36,160 bases of DNA from Myxococcota bacterium (GTDB lineage: Bacteria > Myxococcota_C > UBA6777), in the NCBI GenBank assembly GCA_023150835.1, contig JAKLKB010000092.1, forward strand, positions 1-36,160. The letters are read 5' to 3'. A program made the position numbers and the translations under genes. How positions within the stretch are numbered: position 1 is the first letter of the stretch; each line of letters starts with the position of its first letter. Below the pieces are notes generated by a model. The model was not told the DNA's origin. It saw nothing but the letters and a program-made list of their open reading frames with translations, and made no database searches. Positions 36,025 through 36,160 of this stretch are shown one piece after another.

Positions 36025-36160
36025 CCCCCCCTCAATCCCCCCGTGAACGGGGGGAAGTTGGAACGGGCAGCGTCTGCATCTCGTGCATACAGCGTGCGTC
36101 ATGAAAAAACAAAATCCCCGATGCTTCCGACTTTCGCTCCCTCCCCTGTTCACGGGGGAG
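36025..36160. repeat. Inverted pair of palindromic elements (family C), possibly running past the window end
   Basis: CCCCCCGTGAACGGGGGGA at about 36037-36055 and an inverted copy TCCCCTGTTCACGGGGGAG at 36142-36160. Confidence 0.6.

Overview
Bacterial genomic DNA, probably from a Myxococcota-like deltaproteobacterium. This is an inference from the Cys-rich lipoproteins with DNDCDG and HCGACxxAC motifs, the tandem lspA genes, a five-domain S1 protein and a Hanks-type kinase. About 25 CDSs are supported. The conserved genes are rpsU, an rpsA-like gene, holC, epmA, an spmA/spmB-type fusion, and MDR and SDR dehydrogenases. They are interspersed with many exported Cys-rich or repeat proteins. The most interesting loci are: (1) a doubled lipoprotein-maturation cluster, lspA-lspA-lgt-lgt, in which both LspA copies carry the same 8-Cys extracytoplasmic insertion and one Lgt has lost the key catalytic residues; (2) a Gly-rich GDPH (DUF1521/MIIA autocleavage) protein next to a SycD/LcrH-like TPR chaperone fusion, with no T3SS apparatus in the window; (3) a pseudo-REC/degenerate-GGDEF gene and a Ser/Thr kinase bracketed by two paralogous Cys-repeat surface proteins. 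Also present are a NYN protein with five wHTH-like repeats, a degenerate PHP-RGG fusion, a putative type IV TA-like pair and a protein with two RCC1 propellers. A 37-aa membrane peptide ORF and a left-edge lipoprotein are missing from the ORF track. There are three families of REP-like palindromes and many tandem repeats. No rRNA, tRNA, CRISPR array or transposase was recognised. All family calls come from reading motifs by eye, not from database searches.
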